Shown: piece after piece, positions 25,954 through 41,060 of the stretch
Layout of the letters: the number at the start of each line of letters is the position of its first letter
How positions within the stretch are numbered: the first letter of the stretch is position 1
NCBI GenBank assembly: GCA_964016885.1
Contig: OZ024740.1
Span: forward strand, 395,746,001 to 395,810,000
Length of the DNA stretch: 64,000 bases
Direction: 5' to 3'
DNA from: Eledone cirrhosa
Taxonomy: Eukaryota
Made by a program: the position numbers and the translations under genes
Notes under the pieces: generated by a model
What the model was told of the DNA's origin: nothing
The model's database searches: none
Seen by the model: only the letters and a program-made list of their open reading frames with translations

Positions 25954-27320
25954 TTAATGGGTTGGATGCACCAATTAATTAACGTTGTAAATAAAGCATA
26001 CATGGGTAGTATAATTTGACATGTGACAGGCACAGTGACAATTCCAGACATGTTCTGGTTTTATTAGATTGCCTCAGTAAAGAATAGTAATCTACATATC
26101 TGCCAGATTAATGGAATTGTTCAGATTGCCTCCATACAAAATGTTTCTCAAACAGAGCTAAGTATGAACACACATTAACAACATAGCCTTAATTCATGGC
26201 TAAACTGTTTGTTGTTAAAACTAGTATCCAATTATGCAAACTGAATATTGAAAAAATTAAATTAAGTGTTCAATACAGATAATTTTTCATCTCAGAAAGA
26301 CAACCCAAAGTTGCCATATACTACTACAGTTATAAATCTTTGATCTATGCACTGGTAATCCAATACCACATCTGCTCAGCCAGAGAGAGAAAGAAAAAGA
26401 AGTCCAGTTTCCACCATCGTCATCATCTTCATTGTTTTTAAACTCATTTACCCATCCTTGCATGGGTTAGACAAGTCTTCTATAGTATAACAACACTCAA
26501 CTTGTTATTTCCATTAAGGAGAAAATTCCTTAAACCATTTCAACTCTGTTCTTATTCTAGTTGCTACACTGACTGAGGAACCTCCACTACAGCTAATTTT
26601 GTCATCTAGGAAACAAAAGCTATTGATTACATCTATAGAACCTTCCCTGGATTGGAAAAAATGTATTCCACTGGTGCTATTACTACTAACGATCGCAGTG
26701 CATGTGTCATATACAAAGTTTACCACCACTGTTAGCCTACCTTTGATCTCACTACACCTCTTGTTTTCACATATTTTACATTAAGTACACAGTATGGAAT
26801 TCCTACCTACTCTTTTTCTGCATATCGAGCACAACTATCTTACTTACAAAACCTGCGCTGACATATATTGGAGAGTTCTACACAACTCTCCTTCCACTTT
26901 TTTTATCTGCCCTTTATCATCAATGTTGGCAATGATTTCATTTCATTTATATTTCCAATAACTGTAATTAAGTTGAAATTAAAATTTTCTTAAATTAAAA
27001 TTCTCCTAAATCAATGTTGATCTCCATCCAACAGTTGGCAATGAAAGTAACATTTTAAAATAGTTATAAACGTGTCTTAATTCATTAAAGCTGATAAAAT
27101 CAAATATTTAATCATCTTTCATATCTAATTTTCTCCAAAATAAACATAAGCAGAGCTTAGATATTATCTAAATCACTGATATTCTAATAGATGATCTTGT
27201 TTCAAAAACTGAATTATTTACTGCCTTATTTAGAGTTGTTTCTAAATCCTCTTTCCTTCCTCTAATCCTTTCAAAGTTGATAAAAAATGTATCAGTCCAA
27301 CACTGGGAGTCGATTCTCTC

Positions 27321-27418
<98 letters not shown>

Positions 27419-28179
27419 ACCAACAATATTGATGACCAGCCCCATCACCACAAACACCCACATCATCACCATCATCAACCCCAATGCCACAAAAACCACC
27501 AACAACCGAAACAGAAACAAACCCACAACAAACGCAAACAAAACAAAGCAACCAAACCGATACCCACTACACAGCATTAAACTTGAACAATAAGCAATTA
27601 TTATACTACATCCAACACAACACCAGCATCACATAAAAAAACTATACAACACCCCAAAAATTCACACCACCCACACACATACAAATCACTTGTATCACAC
27701 TGAAAACATACACAACACTAAAATTAAAATTTCCCAAGGACATCGGAGACTTCTGGCAAACATTTTACCTCTTTGGTGATGCCCTGATTAACTTTTTCAA
27801 ATATCATTTGAAAAGGAAAATTAGGGTGGAGAATGAAGTGCTCTCTTCCCAGCAATTTGTTGAAAGATGGGTGAGAGAGGCAAGCATAGCCCGAGTGAAT
27901 GAGCCTACTCTGAGTATGCACCTGTAAATGGGAGGTGGAAAACTGGGAGAGGTCACTTGCTCTGGTGGTCAGGGTCACCGTGGCTTTTTTAATGGGCTTT
28001 CGGATGTCCCCCCCCCCCTCCATTCCTCATTGGGTAATTTTCCTTTGTTTCTTTTTTTTGTTATTTCCTTTGTTTTTTCTTTACACGCAGTCCTATACCG
28101 TCCTGGGCTGTCCTTAATATTCTACTTTATGTCAACCCTTGTGGTTAATAAAGAAAACATTATTATTATTACTACTTGG

Positions 28180-28370
28180 GCAGTGGATTGGCAGTATCGG
28201 CGGTAGAGGGTCAGACGCCATGCTTTCCAGCATAGTTACGTCCCTTTATGATCTGAGTTCAAATCCCGCCGAAGTTGACTTTGCCTTTCATCCTTACGGG
28301 GTCGATAAAATAAAGTACCAGTAATGCACTGGGTAATTGCTGGCCTTGTGCCTAAAAGTAGAAATAATAA
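28180..28370 (+). mobile_element. tRNA-derived SINE
   Basis: Same family as 21680, with A and B boxes intact. Confidence 0.78.
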
Positions 28371-28689
28371 TTACTAGTAGTAGTATTGGCGACCTACGTA
28401 TTATCGTGAGCTCCACAAAGGTTTGTTGTTTTCAGTTGTTTCAAATTGCCAGTTATGGAAAATGTTTGTTGTTAAGTGTTTATAAGTTCATATATATTGC
28501 TTTCTGAAAAGGACACTCAATAATATTGGGGCCTTGAGCCCAAAATTTAAACTTTATTTTGTCAAATAAACAAGTTAAAAAAGAATATGGACGGCATTCG
28601 CCTACTCAAATCTAGCAAGCTGTCTCATGACAACAGCTCTAACATACACACCACTCCCACCACCACCATCATAAGCCTTGCTACAGCTG

Positions 28690-29463
28690 CCAAGACCGAA
28701 AACGTTTTCGCAATATGAGGGACAAGGGTATGAGGGTAAGGACAAACAACAAAGGGGACAAACTATTTCCTTGGAAGATTCCTCTCTTGATCTTCACGCT
28801 GCCCAAGGATTCTCCACCTGATGTTAGCTCTGTTTCCCAGGACTTCATACTTTCACTTAATAGATGTCTGATGTTGTCTGCCACCTTGAAGCTCTCTAGG
28901 CTTTTGGTTATCCAAGAATGAGGTACCATGTCAAATGCCTTCTTGCAATCTATCCATACCATGGCAAGACCAGTATGCCTCCGCTTGCAATTCCTTATTT
29001 TCATCTTATCAATAAGTAACTGGTCTTTTGTACCACAGGACTTCTTTCAGCATCCTTTCTGTTCATCCGGTAATAGGTTGTTTATGTGGAGGTGATAATA
29101 TATTTCCCCAGACTCAATGTTTGTTAATAGTTTCCACATTATGGACAGACATGTGATAGGCCTATAGTTGGTAGCCTTGTTACCCTTGATTCGGTCTTTC
29201 ATTACCAGAACTGTGGTACCTTTTGTCAACCACTTTGTTACTTCACCCGACACCAAGCAGTCAATGAACATGGCTGTCAGTTTTGGGTGGAGGGATGCTA
29301 TATTTTTTATCCAATATCCTTGCACACCATCTGGACCTGGTGATTTCCAGTTGGTTAGTATTTTTGCCTGCTTTTTAAGCGTTTCAGCTGTGATACTCAA
29401 ATCAAGTTGTTGGTGTTCTTGTTCACTAATCTCCTTTTTAACTGTCTCAACTTTATTTGTCAA
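28690..29463 (-). mobile_element. R4/Dong-like non-LTR RT fragment
   Basis: Motifs [39 protein letters not shown] and [13 protein letters not shown]. Confidence 0.75.
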
Positions 29464-29692
29464 ACAAACAATTTTTTTTTTTTTTGGGGGGGGGGGGATA
29501 TGGACAGCATTCGCCTCCCCAAATCCTAAGTATCGTCTTCCTGTCTTCCTCCGGTTGCAACGTTTTTTAAAATATTCACTTCTGCGTTCACAGACTGACT
29601 TTGTTAGTTTCAGAAGATCCCGTTAAGGGTAAAAGCAGCGATTCTTTGCTTAAACTTTAATCTGTTATTTTAATAAATATATATATATATAT

Positions 29693-32276
29693 ATATAGAC
29701 ATAGAATATTCGAAAATATTCTGTATGTTTATAATAAACATTTTGAAGACCTAATCGCTATAGAATAGAATACGTCACGTATTACAATTAGATTCTCGAT
29801 AAAAGCAAGGGAAGTAATCTACGCGTTTCATTCTCGTTAGAAATCATCAGGACTACATATCCAGTGCTTTTATCGAGAATGACACAGCTAGAGACTTATA
29901 GAATACTTAGCTGTGTACAGGAACTGGTTTGAAAGAGCGGTTGCCGGTCCGGCAGAAATTGGAAATTGGAATAAATGCTCTGAAATAGCGATATATATGT
30001 GAATATAGACATAGAATATTCGAAAATATTCTGTATGTTTATAATAAACATTTTGAAGACCTAATCGCTATAGAATAGAATACGTCACGTATTACAATTA
30101 GATTCTCGATAAAAGCAAGGGAAGTAATCTACGCGTTTCATTCTCGTTAGAAATCATCAGGACTACATATCCAGTGCTTTTATCGAGAATGACACAGCTA
30201 GAGACTTATAGAATACTTAGCTGTGTACAGGAACTGGTTTGAAAGAGCGGTTGCCGGTCCGGCAGAAATTGGAAATTGGAATAAATGCTCTGAAATAGCG
30301 ATATATATGTGAATATAGACATAGAATATTCGAAAATATTCTGTATGTTTATAATAAACATTTTGAAGACCTAATCGCTATAGAATAGAATACGTCACGT
30401 ATTACAATTAGATTCTCGATAAAAGCAAGGGAAGTAATCTACGCGTTTCATTCTCGTTAGAAATCATCAGGACTACATATCCAGTGCTTTTATCGAGAAT
30501 GACACAGCTAGAGACTTATAGAATACTTAGCTGTGTACAGGAACTGGTTTGAAAGAGCGGTTGCCGGTCCGGCAGAAATTGGAAATTGGAATAAATGCTC
30601 TGAAATAGCGATATATATGTGAATATAGACATAGAATATTCGAAAATATTCTGTATGTTTATAATAAACATTTTGAAGACCTAATCGCTATAGAATAGAA
30701 TACGTCACGTATTACAATTAGATTCTCGATAAAAGCAAGGGAAGTAATCTACGCGTTTCATTCTCGTTAGAAATCATCAGGACTACATATCCAGTGCTTT
30801 TATCGAGAATGACACAGCTAGAGACTTATAGAATACTTAGCTGTGTACAGGAACTGGTTTGAAAGAGCGGTTGCCGGTCCGGCAGAAATTGGAAATTGGA
30901 ATAAATGCTCTGAAATAGCGATATATATGTGAATATAGACATAGAATATTCGAAAATATTCTGTATGTTTATAATATTTTCGAATATTCTATGTCTATAT
31001 TCACATATATATCGCTATTTCAGAGCATTTATTCCAATTTCCAATTTCTGCCGGACCGGCAACCGCTCTTTCAAACCAGTTCCTGTACACAGCTAAGTAT
31101 TCTATAAGTCTCTAGCTGTGTCATTCTCGATAAAAGCACTGGATATGTAGTCCTGATGATTTCTAACGAGAATGAAACGCGTAGATTACTTCCCTTGCTT
31201 TTATCGAGAATCTAATTGTAATACGTGACGTATTCTATTCTATAGCGATTAGGTCTTCAAAATGTTTATTATAAACATACAGAATATTTTCGAATATTCT
31301 ATGTCTATATTCACATATATATCGCTATTTCAGAGCATTTATTCCAATTTCCAATTTCTGCCGGACCGGCAACCGCTCTTTCAAACCAGTTCCTGTACAC
31401 AGCTAAGTATTCTATAAGTCTCTAGCTGTGTCATTCTCGATAAAAGCACTGGATATGTAGTCCTGATGATTTCTAACGAGAATGAAACGCGTAGATTACT
31501 TCCCTTGCTTTTATCGAGAATCTAATTGTAATACGTGACGTATTCTATTCTATAGCGATTAGGTCTTCAAAATGTTTATTATAAACATACAGAATATTTT
31601 CGAATATTCTATGTCTATATTCACATATATATCGCTATTTCAGAGCATTTATTCCAATTTCCAATTTCTGCCGGACCGGCAACCGCTCTTTCAAACCAGT
31701 TCCTGTACACAGCTAAGTATTCTATAAGTCTCTAGCTGTGTCATTCTCGATAAAAGCACTGGATATGTAGTCCTGATGATTTCTAACGAGAATGAAACGC
31801 GTAGATTACTTCCCTTGCTTTTATCGAGAATCTAATTGTAATACGTGACGTATTCTATTCTATAGCGATTAGGTCTTCAAAATGTTTATTATAAACATAC
31901 AGAATATTTTCGAATATTCTATGTCTATATTCACATATATATCGCTATTTCAGAGCATTTATTCCAATTTCCAATTTCTGCCGGACCGGCAACCGCTCTT
32001 TCAAACCAGTTCCTGTACACAGCTAAGTATTCTATAAGTCTCTAGCTGTGTCATTCTCGATAAAAGCACTGGATATGTAGTCCTGATGATTTCTAACGAG
32101 AATGAAACGCGTAGATTACTTCCCTTGCTTTTATCGAGAATCTAATTGTAATACGTGACGTATTCTATTCTATAGCGATTAGGTCTTCAAAATGTTTATT
32201 ATAAACATACAGAATATTTTCGAATATTCTATGTCTATATTCACATATATATCGCTATTTCAGAGCATTTATTCCA

Positions 32277-32282
<6 letters not shown>
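29693..32282. mobile_element. Palindromic tandem array of 310-bp hammerhead-containing units (retrozyme-like)
   Basis: Period is 310 (atagaatattcgaaaatatt at 29701, 30011, 30321, 30631, 30941). The array inverts around a 12-nt spacer (30961-30972), has about 4 units per arm, and is flanked by (TA)n. Confidence 0.92.
31147..31189 (+). ncRNA. Type I hammerhead ribozyme (copies: + 31457, 31767, 32077; - 29814, 30124, 30434, 30744)
   Basis: gtagtc-CTGATGA-t-ttct-aacg-agaa-t-GAAA-CGCG-TA-gattac. Helix I is gtagtc/gattac, helix III is the palindrome ACGCGT, cleavage triplet is GUA. An outer stem ttctcgataaaagca/tgcttttatcgagaa encloses it. Confidence 0.88.
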
Positions 32283-32324
<42 letters not shown>

Positions 32325-33094
32325 TATATATATATATGTATGTATATGTGTGTATATATATATGTATATATGTAGGTATAGGTGTGTATGTGTAGATATA
32401 GATATGTATGGATATGTGTGTATATGATTATGTGCATATGTGTAAATGTGTATTTAGGTTTGCATCTATTTGTGCGTATGTATATTTTTGGTTGGATATC
32501 AATATACCTGTACCTCTCTGTATATACTTTGTAATCTATGAAATTTATGTGTTTTAACTATGCCAACATGTATTTATCTGAGTTTGATTATTTATGCATA
32601 AACATACTTGATAGTATTTTAGAGCGTATCATATGCTGTATTATACTAAGTGCAATTTACCACACCGTACTATATTGTGTTGGTTAAGTTGTATATTATC
32701 GCATTACTGTATTTCATTATCTTATTATAATTTTCATCTTTTAATATACTATCCTTCCTAGCGATAACCTTAATTTATATTCACCTAAAAACTCAATACA
32801 ACACTAATCACCATTTATTTTGACATTCTTTTTAACTTCACTATACAAGATACATTCAACTATCGGTTTGACAATCTCTTTCCTCCTAATAGATTTTTAT
32901 GCCAAATCTACTATTAACACCATTCAACCGTTCCTTTCAAAGGGTCATGACCTCAACTAAAGTATATTACTTTTCATCTTAACACCATATGAAAAAAACA
33001 ATTTGATTCGTTAGTTCTTCAACTACCCCCAAATAAGGACATGATACTAACATACTACTAATTGTGAATAAAATTATTATTGAATAAAATTATT

Positions 33095-33234
33095 ATTGCT
33101 TTTGAAAACAGCTGGGGATATGCATGTAAGTAAATATTCTCTTTATGTGATATTTTGTAACTAACCTTACATAGATCAATAACGGAGTATAGCTACAATG
33201 TATTATCATCATCTAGAAACGATCGTAAAGCAGT
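33095..33234 (+). ncRNA. Degenerate hammerhead with TTGAAAA (U3-A8) core and long helix II
   Basis: attgctt-TTGAAAA-~107 nt-GAAA-CGATCG-TA-aagcagt. Confidence 0.5.
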
Positions 33235-33278
33235 GAAGTATATCTCTAAGGACTTGCTTTTTTATTTCATTGTTTTAA

Positions 33279-33345
<67 letters not shown>

Positions 33346-34551
33346 ATGTTCAAGACCTCGACGGCAGAGCTCAGGCCGCTTTGACAGCTATTTCTGACCG
33401 TTATGGTCCATTTGGTTCCTTACCACACTTCCTTTGTTATATATATATGTATATATATATATATGTGTGTGTGTGTATATATATATATCATCATCATCAT
33501 CATCATCATTTAACATCTATTTTCCACACTAGCATAGGTTAGATGGGTTGCCCTATTTGAGGCAAGTTTTTCTGGCTAGGTTTCTATAGCTGGATGCCCT
33601 TCCTAATGTCAACCATATTTACAGTGTGTGCTGGTTGCTTTTTGTCATGACTCCTACTCGACCACTTTATATATAAATATATATACATATATAAAATGTA
33701 ATATATATTTTATTACGATTTTTTTTTTAATTTATACATGATAAAACTTAAATAATGCATTTACAAAAGCAAATAATGATGGGTTAAAGAAAACAGAATG
33801 GCCTAGAATGTTCAACACAGACAAAGAAACCAGATGTTATTGCAAGAAAATCTTTTATTTAATTAATAGCTGTATACAATATGTGCTAAGGGAATTGTAA
33901 TTTTTCTTATGTAATGTCCTATATGCATTTGAAATTGTTGGTTATAGTTCTGATCCAGGAGACAGTTGATCCACATTCCATATATGGCCATCGATGCTTT
34001 TATTCAAACATAGTATATCTAATGTATAGAATGACTGTTAGTATTAGTGGCTATAGTTGTACTTGTAGTAGTTGTTTAGCTCCAGGTCAGTCTTGATTCA
34101 ACAAAACTATATTTAAAGATATTTTATTTATCACCATCCTAGTTTATATTCAGACATAATGTATCTAGGATTACACTATGTATAGTACTTTGTATTAATA
34201 GCTCTAGTTGTTGCTGTAGTTGTAGTAGTTGTTTAGTCATGTCAGCCTCAATCAATTACAGTAGTAAGATCCCCGTCGAGTATTCATTGATGTCTGCAAA
34301 ATAGGAGTGGAATAAATAATAAATAAACAAAAAACAAAAAGGTGAAACGTGGGATGGATGGGAGTAGTGGAACAACAGCTTTTTTTTTATTCAATGAAGA
34401 CTTTTCAGAGAAAAAGTCTGAAAAAAAAAGCAAAAGTAAAAGTATTGTAGTTGTTATTTAATCATAGGTTAGTCTTGATCCAGCAGAATATGATAAAAGA
34501 TGTTCCAGCTGAGACGATCTCATGATTTATTAACACATACACACATGCATA

Positions 34552-35510
34552 TATGAGGTGTGTCAGAAAAGTAACAGGACTTAGCATGCTGTGTGAGCTA
34601 TGAGTGGGGTAGGGTTTAGTGAATTACATCACTATGTGATGTAATAGCTGGGGAGTATGTAACTGCAATATCTGATCTCTGCAGCCATTATATGTGTTTT
34701 CACATGCTTTTGTTAACAGCTTCTCAATTTTATACCATTGAGCATTGGGCACAGAACAATGAACCAGCCTGAAGTTTCTAGTCTGGCTGTGGAACACTGT
34801 CAAACACTTGGAATACTGCAGCAAAAGTATGAAGATGAGACGATGTTGTGTTCACAAGTTTTTGAGTGACACAAAAGGTTCAAAGAGGGATAGGAGGATG
34901 TGGAAGATGACCCCAGGAGTGAAATGCCTTCAACAAGCAGGACTGAGGCCAACATTGAGTGTATGAGGTAGGTGGTGTATGACAATCTTCGGTTGACTGT
35001 TGAACTGATCAGAAGTGAGCTGGGCATGAACCGTGACAGCATTTGGAAGATTATCCCTGAAGATTTAGACATGCAGATGATCTGCGGAAAGATGGTGTCA
35101 AAGCTGCTGAAGGGTGATCAGGAGTGGCGAATGCAGGTTTGTCAGGTCATCATCGAGCACCTTGAAACTAAACTAGTCTTGCTGGGGAGAGTCATCACTA
35201 GTGATGAGTCGTGGATTTTCGAGTATGACCAGGGGACTAAGAGCCAGAGCCTTCAGTAGATGAGTCTGGAGTTTCTGAGGCTGAAGAAAACAAGACTGTT
35301 GAAGTCCAAAGTCAACTCATGTTGATTGCGTTCTTCTATGTGAGGGTAATCATCCACATATAGAATTCTTGCCACAGGGCCAGACAATCACCCAGCATGT
35401 CTACAAAGAGATCCTGTGGTGTTTGCTTTGTTCAGTGCATAAAGAGAGGTGAGAATTGTGACAGGACAACTGTGGCTGCTTCACTGTGACAATGCGCTGG
35501 CTCACAAAAT
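34552..35510 (+). pseudogene. Mariner transposase remnant
   Basis: Motifs VITSDESWIFEYD and WLLHCDNALAH, with a TIR-like start tatgaggtgtgtcagaaaagta and multiple stops. Confidence 0.8.
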
Positions 35511-35689
35511 GACAATTTGGACTTTGACAGTCCGAGACAAGCACGGTCGATTCCAGGCAGATGTGTGCAGCTTTTCACTAGGACTTTGCATGACTGTTCA
35601 GGGAGAGCGGGGAGACAGAGATAGTAGCAGACTTCATTTCCTACATCAACTGCCTGCTACAACTTTCACTGACTGTTGTGGAGTGCTGT

Positions 35690-36270
35690 GAAAAACTGTC
35701 CGGTTTAGATGGTCTGAACTATGATTTTTACATAAATATGCCAGGCTTGTTCTCTGATTTCCTTAAAGTTGTCTACTGGCAGCAGAACGGGAGTATTCCC
35801 AGTTCTGTGAGTCAGGGCATAGTAATGATGATGAGGAAAGATGAGAACAAGAGGGACATTTTAGACAATTTTAGGCCTATAACTTTGCTAAATACAGAGT
35901 TTAAGATTTGGACAAGCTGCAAGCAATGCATAGAGAGGGTAGGGAGTAAAACTGGTTATGGTGGGGCTCTGATCAATTCGGATCAATCGAAATTTTTCAT
36001 CAGAGTCAACCATAGATACCTGGATGTTGTCCTCAAGGCTGTCATCTTTGATCCTGTCTTCAGAGGCTGGATCACTGCAATGCACAATGGCATCTGCTCA
36101 GTGGTCAATGTCAACAGCCATTTATCAGAACCGTTCCAGATTGTACACTCAGTCCATCAAGGATTCCCTCTCTCCTCCCTTCCATATGTATCGACTCTTG
36201 AGCCACTACTGTGGCAGGGCATCCTGCTTGAACTGGGAGGTGGAAAGGCTGCATCTGCATCTGCAGACGC
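35690..36270 (+). mobile_element. L1/Tx1-like RT fragment
   Basis: Motifs SGLDGL, NFRPITLLNTEFKI and VHQGFPLSSL..LEPL. Confidence 0.65.
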
Positions 36271-36877
36271 CGTTAAATTTGTTTACATTCTTTGAATGCT
36301 TGGAATTAATTAATTTCCCCTTCTTCAATATATGAATATACTTAGTACTGGTATATCATTTTTTAACCTTGCAGAAATGAGGAGGGTCATTACGTCAGTC
36401 ACAAGAGAACGCCACACCACATTTCTTGTCTTTTCTCTCACAATACAAACAATCACATATAAGTTTGAACTTACCCTTAATCAATTATTTTAATGAAACA
36501 TTGGCATTAATATTATAACAAATATATAATATCTATATTTCACACAACAGATTTTCAACCTGAGGGAAGTTGTGCTGCTGAAAACGGCAGTGTATATGAG
36601 CTGACTGGATTTTGTGCAATGGACGTCGATAAGGGAGTCAACTCAAATTAGACTGATGAGAGGGAGACGATTTACGTTTGAGTTAGTTCATTCTGGGTAA
36701 GATTTATCCTGGGTCTTTATACTTATGTAACGTGTACTTCACAGCTGTTGTCCTTCACAAAGCTAGCAAGCCACATATGGTCACTCAAAAATGCAGACAT
36801 CGATTAAGCCATTCAATGGAGAGTTCTAAACTGGTCCCAGTCCCTTACCTTATCTACACAAGACACCAAGATAATAG

Positions 36878-36883
36878 TTTATT
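36878..36883 (-). terminator. Putative polyadenylation signal AATAAA
   Basis: Plus-strand tttatt just downstream of the exon 3 stop codon. Confidence 0.45.
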
Positions 36884-36917
36884 ATGTATCCTTACCTCTG
36901 CAGTCCGAAGAAGTGGG

Positions 36918-36951
36918 CTAATGCCAGCAACAGCTTACTGGATAATAATGG
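36918..36951 (-). CDS. Exon 3 (terminal coding exon) of the secreted cysteine-rich peptide gene
   Basis: Long pyrimidine tract ending ttctttatAG. In phase 2 it reads (Y)HYYPVSCCWH-TAG. AATAAA lies about 35 nt after the stop. Confidence 0.72.
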
Positions 36952-37559
36952 CTATAAAGAAGAATAGTAGAATAAGAAATAAAACAAACAGAACAATCAT
37001 AGCAATTCAGAGAATCACATACTTATTGACAAATAAATGCACACATAGACATACAAAATGTTGGCAGTGATTAAAGATTAAGACCTTGCTGTAATTGTAC
37101 CGACTCTCTGCTTTCTGAGTTCAAATCACTCTCAGCAATTTGGTTCTCTATTCTTTAGGATTCGATAAATTTAAGGACCAGTCCAGGGGAATGGATTGGC
37201 AGAATTGTTAGAGCATCAGAAGAAATGCTTTGTGGTATTAGTCCTTGTTCTTTGCATTCTGGGTTCAAATCCCACTTTGGCCTATATCAGTTGCTGACTT
37301 AATCTGTTGCCCAGCTTCATGTTCCTACCTTGCCCTTCTGTGCCTTTAATGAAGTCATCACTGCTGCAAGCATTGGGACTTTACACCCCAACTAAATGTT
37401 ACCATCAAAGTCAATGGGGCAAAAAAAAGGAAAGGTAGAACACTTGGAAGTTTTCTTTACTGTACGACAATGTTCAAAAGTGCCATTAGCTTAATATTTT
37501 CTTTATTCTGGATGCCATTATTTTAGAGCTTTATTGTATATGAATGTGTGACTACTTAC

Positions 37560-37619
37560 TAATGACACTGACACCAGTTGTGACAAATCCAATAGCGACG
37601 GTAACAATTGTGATAGTAT
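37560..37619 (-). CDS. Exon 2 of the secreted cysteine-rich peptide gene
   Basis: 60-nt phase 2-2 exon between acceptor tttttttattatttcAG and donor GTAAGT. In frame with exon 1 it reads (P)YYHNCYRRYWICHNWCQCH(Y). Confidence 0.75.
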
Positions 37620-37831
37620 CTGAAATAATAAAAAAAATTTATGCAGGTATATATATATAAGAAAATGAGGTTTTGAGGATTTGTGGTTTCTCTTGCACCA
37701 CAAACCTTCCATCTCAAATCTACTTTTGAAAAACATAAGAACAGTGAAATTGGTAAAGGAAATAGACAAATATTTTGAAAAAGACTCCAGTTGCATTTTA
37801 GATTTCTTTTCCTTATATATATATATATATA

Positions 37832-38984
37832 TCATAATCTATAAAGCTCAGTGTGTGGTCATGCTCCTTTCTTATAGAAATCTACGATATAGAATTTCTT
37901 CAATTGAAATTTACAATTCAGTATTCGAAATAGTTTCGATTGCGTCTTGGCACATCTCATTTTTTCAATTTCACCCACAATTACGCAAAAAATAGATAAA
38001 ACTCAATATTTTACGATTTTCCTGTCATTTAAACTGCTAAACTCTTTCCACTACCATTCAAAATCTATACAACTTCATACTTTCTGCTACTTTCTCTTTC
38101 CAAGCTTGATGGTGATACTGTCCGTTTTACTCTGTCATATCATCTGCTACCCTCTATCTACAACCCACACATTTTGCTACTTTCTCTTTTACACTTCAAA
38201 CTTACTGATTTAATTCTAAACGCATACAAACACACACTCCCAAAAAAGTAGAAACAATTATTACATTTCATACGAAACGACAATTATTCAAAAGCAACAG
38301 ATACATTTATTCAACAAGCGATAATTCTTTTTTAAAACCTCTTTTCCAAACGCATACAAACACACACTCACTTCAACAACAACAACAACAATCTGCCTTT
38401 TATAGATAATGATAAACAATAATATCCTCTATGAGGTCATTAAACCTGCTAGAAACAGCAGTTAACTCTCCCCCATATCACACCCCTCCCTACTGTCTTA
38501 AATTTAGAAAACATATCTTCTATGAGGTCACTAAACCTGCTAGAAACAGCAGCTAACTCTCCCCCATATCACACCACTCCCTACTGTCTTAAATTTAGAA
38601 AACACATATCCTCTATGAGGTCACTAAACCTGCTAGAAACAACAGCTAACTCTCCCTCATATCACAACCCTCCCTACTGTCTTAAATTTAGAAAACACAC
38701 AGACAACCATGCAGAACAACTCCATCGCAGCTCTGTTGTTCGGCTGGCATCGTCTAAGCGCGTGTTGCGCAAGTACTGTGAAACAATAAATTTCAACACT
38801 TTTTTGCACAGAGATAATATCCATAGGCGAAACTACAATTGTCACTGCTGGCGCAGCTCCTGCTTCCAGGTCTGCAATTCATTCACCCAGTGCCTGGCAG
38901 ACAAAAAGGTGCTGCCATAAAATGGGTGGTGCAACCTAACTTTGGTAACTTAATGACCCGAGCAACGCCGGGCTTTAATGCTAG
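37832..38984 (+). mobile_element. Probable non-autonomous Helitron containing a ~93-bp triplicated unit (38425-38700)
   Basis: 3' hairpin cccgagcaacgccggg followed by CTAG-T. The 5' TC end is inferred. Confidence 0.5.
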
Positions 38985-38999
38985 TATATATATAAATAT

Positions 39000-41057
<2,058 letters not shown>

Positions 41058-41060
<3 letters not shown>

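Noticed and set aside
28180-28270. tRNA gene
   Set aside because: It has A and B boxes only, no cloverleaf, and continues into a repeated SINE body.
29693-32282. CRISPR array or simple satellite interpretation of the 310-bp repeats
   Set aside because: There are no variable spacers and no cas genes, and the context is eukaryotic. Each unit holds a hammerhead, and the array has the Penelope-type inverted-plus-tail layout.
33345-33440. Hammerhead 3' half (gacc/ggtc-a-GAAA-TAGCTG-TC) on the minus strand, with related pieces at 46170-46470
   Set aside because: No CUGANGA half is present, so these are only fragments.
36474-36559. Alternative minus-strand third exon for the peptide gene
   Set aside because: It would create an immediate TAG and leave only four cysteines. 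The 36951 acceptor has a far stronger pyrimidine tract and completes six cysteines.
36551-36696. Plus-strand exon-like segment (acag ... gg/gtaag)
   Set aside because: It has stop codons in all three frames and no partner exons were found.
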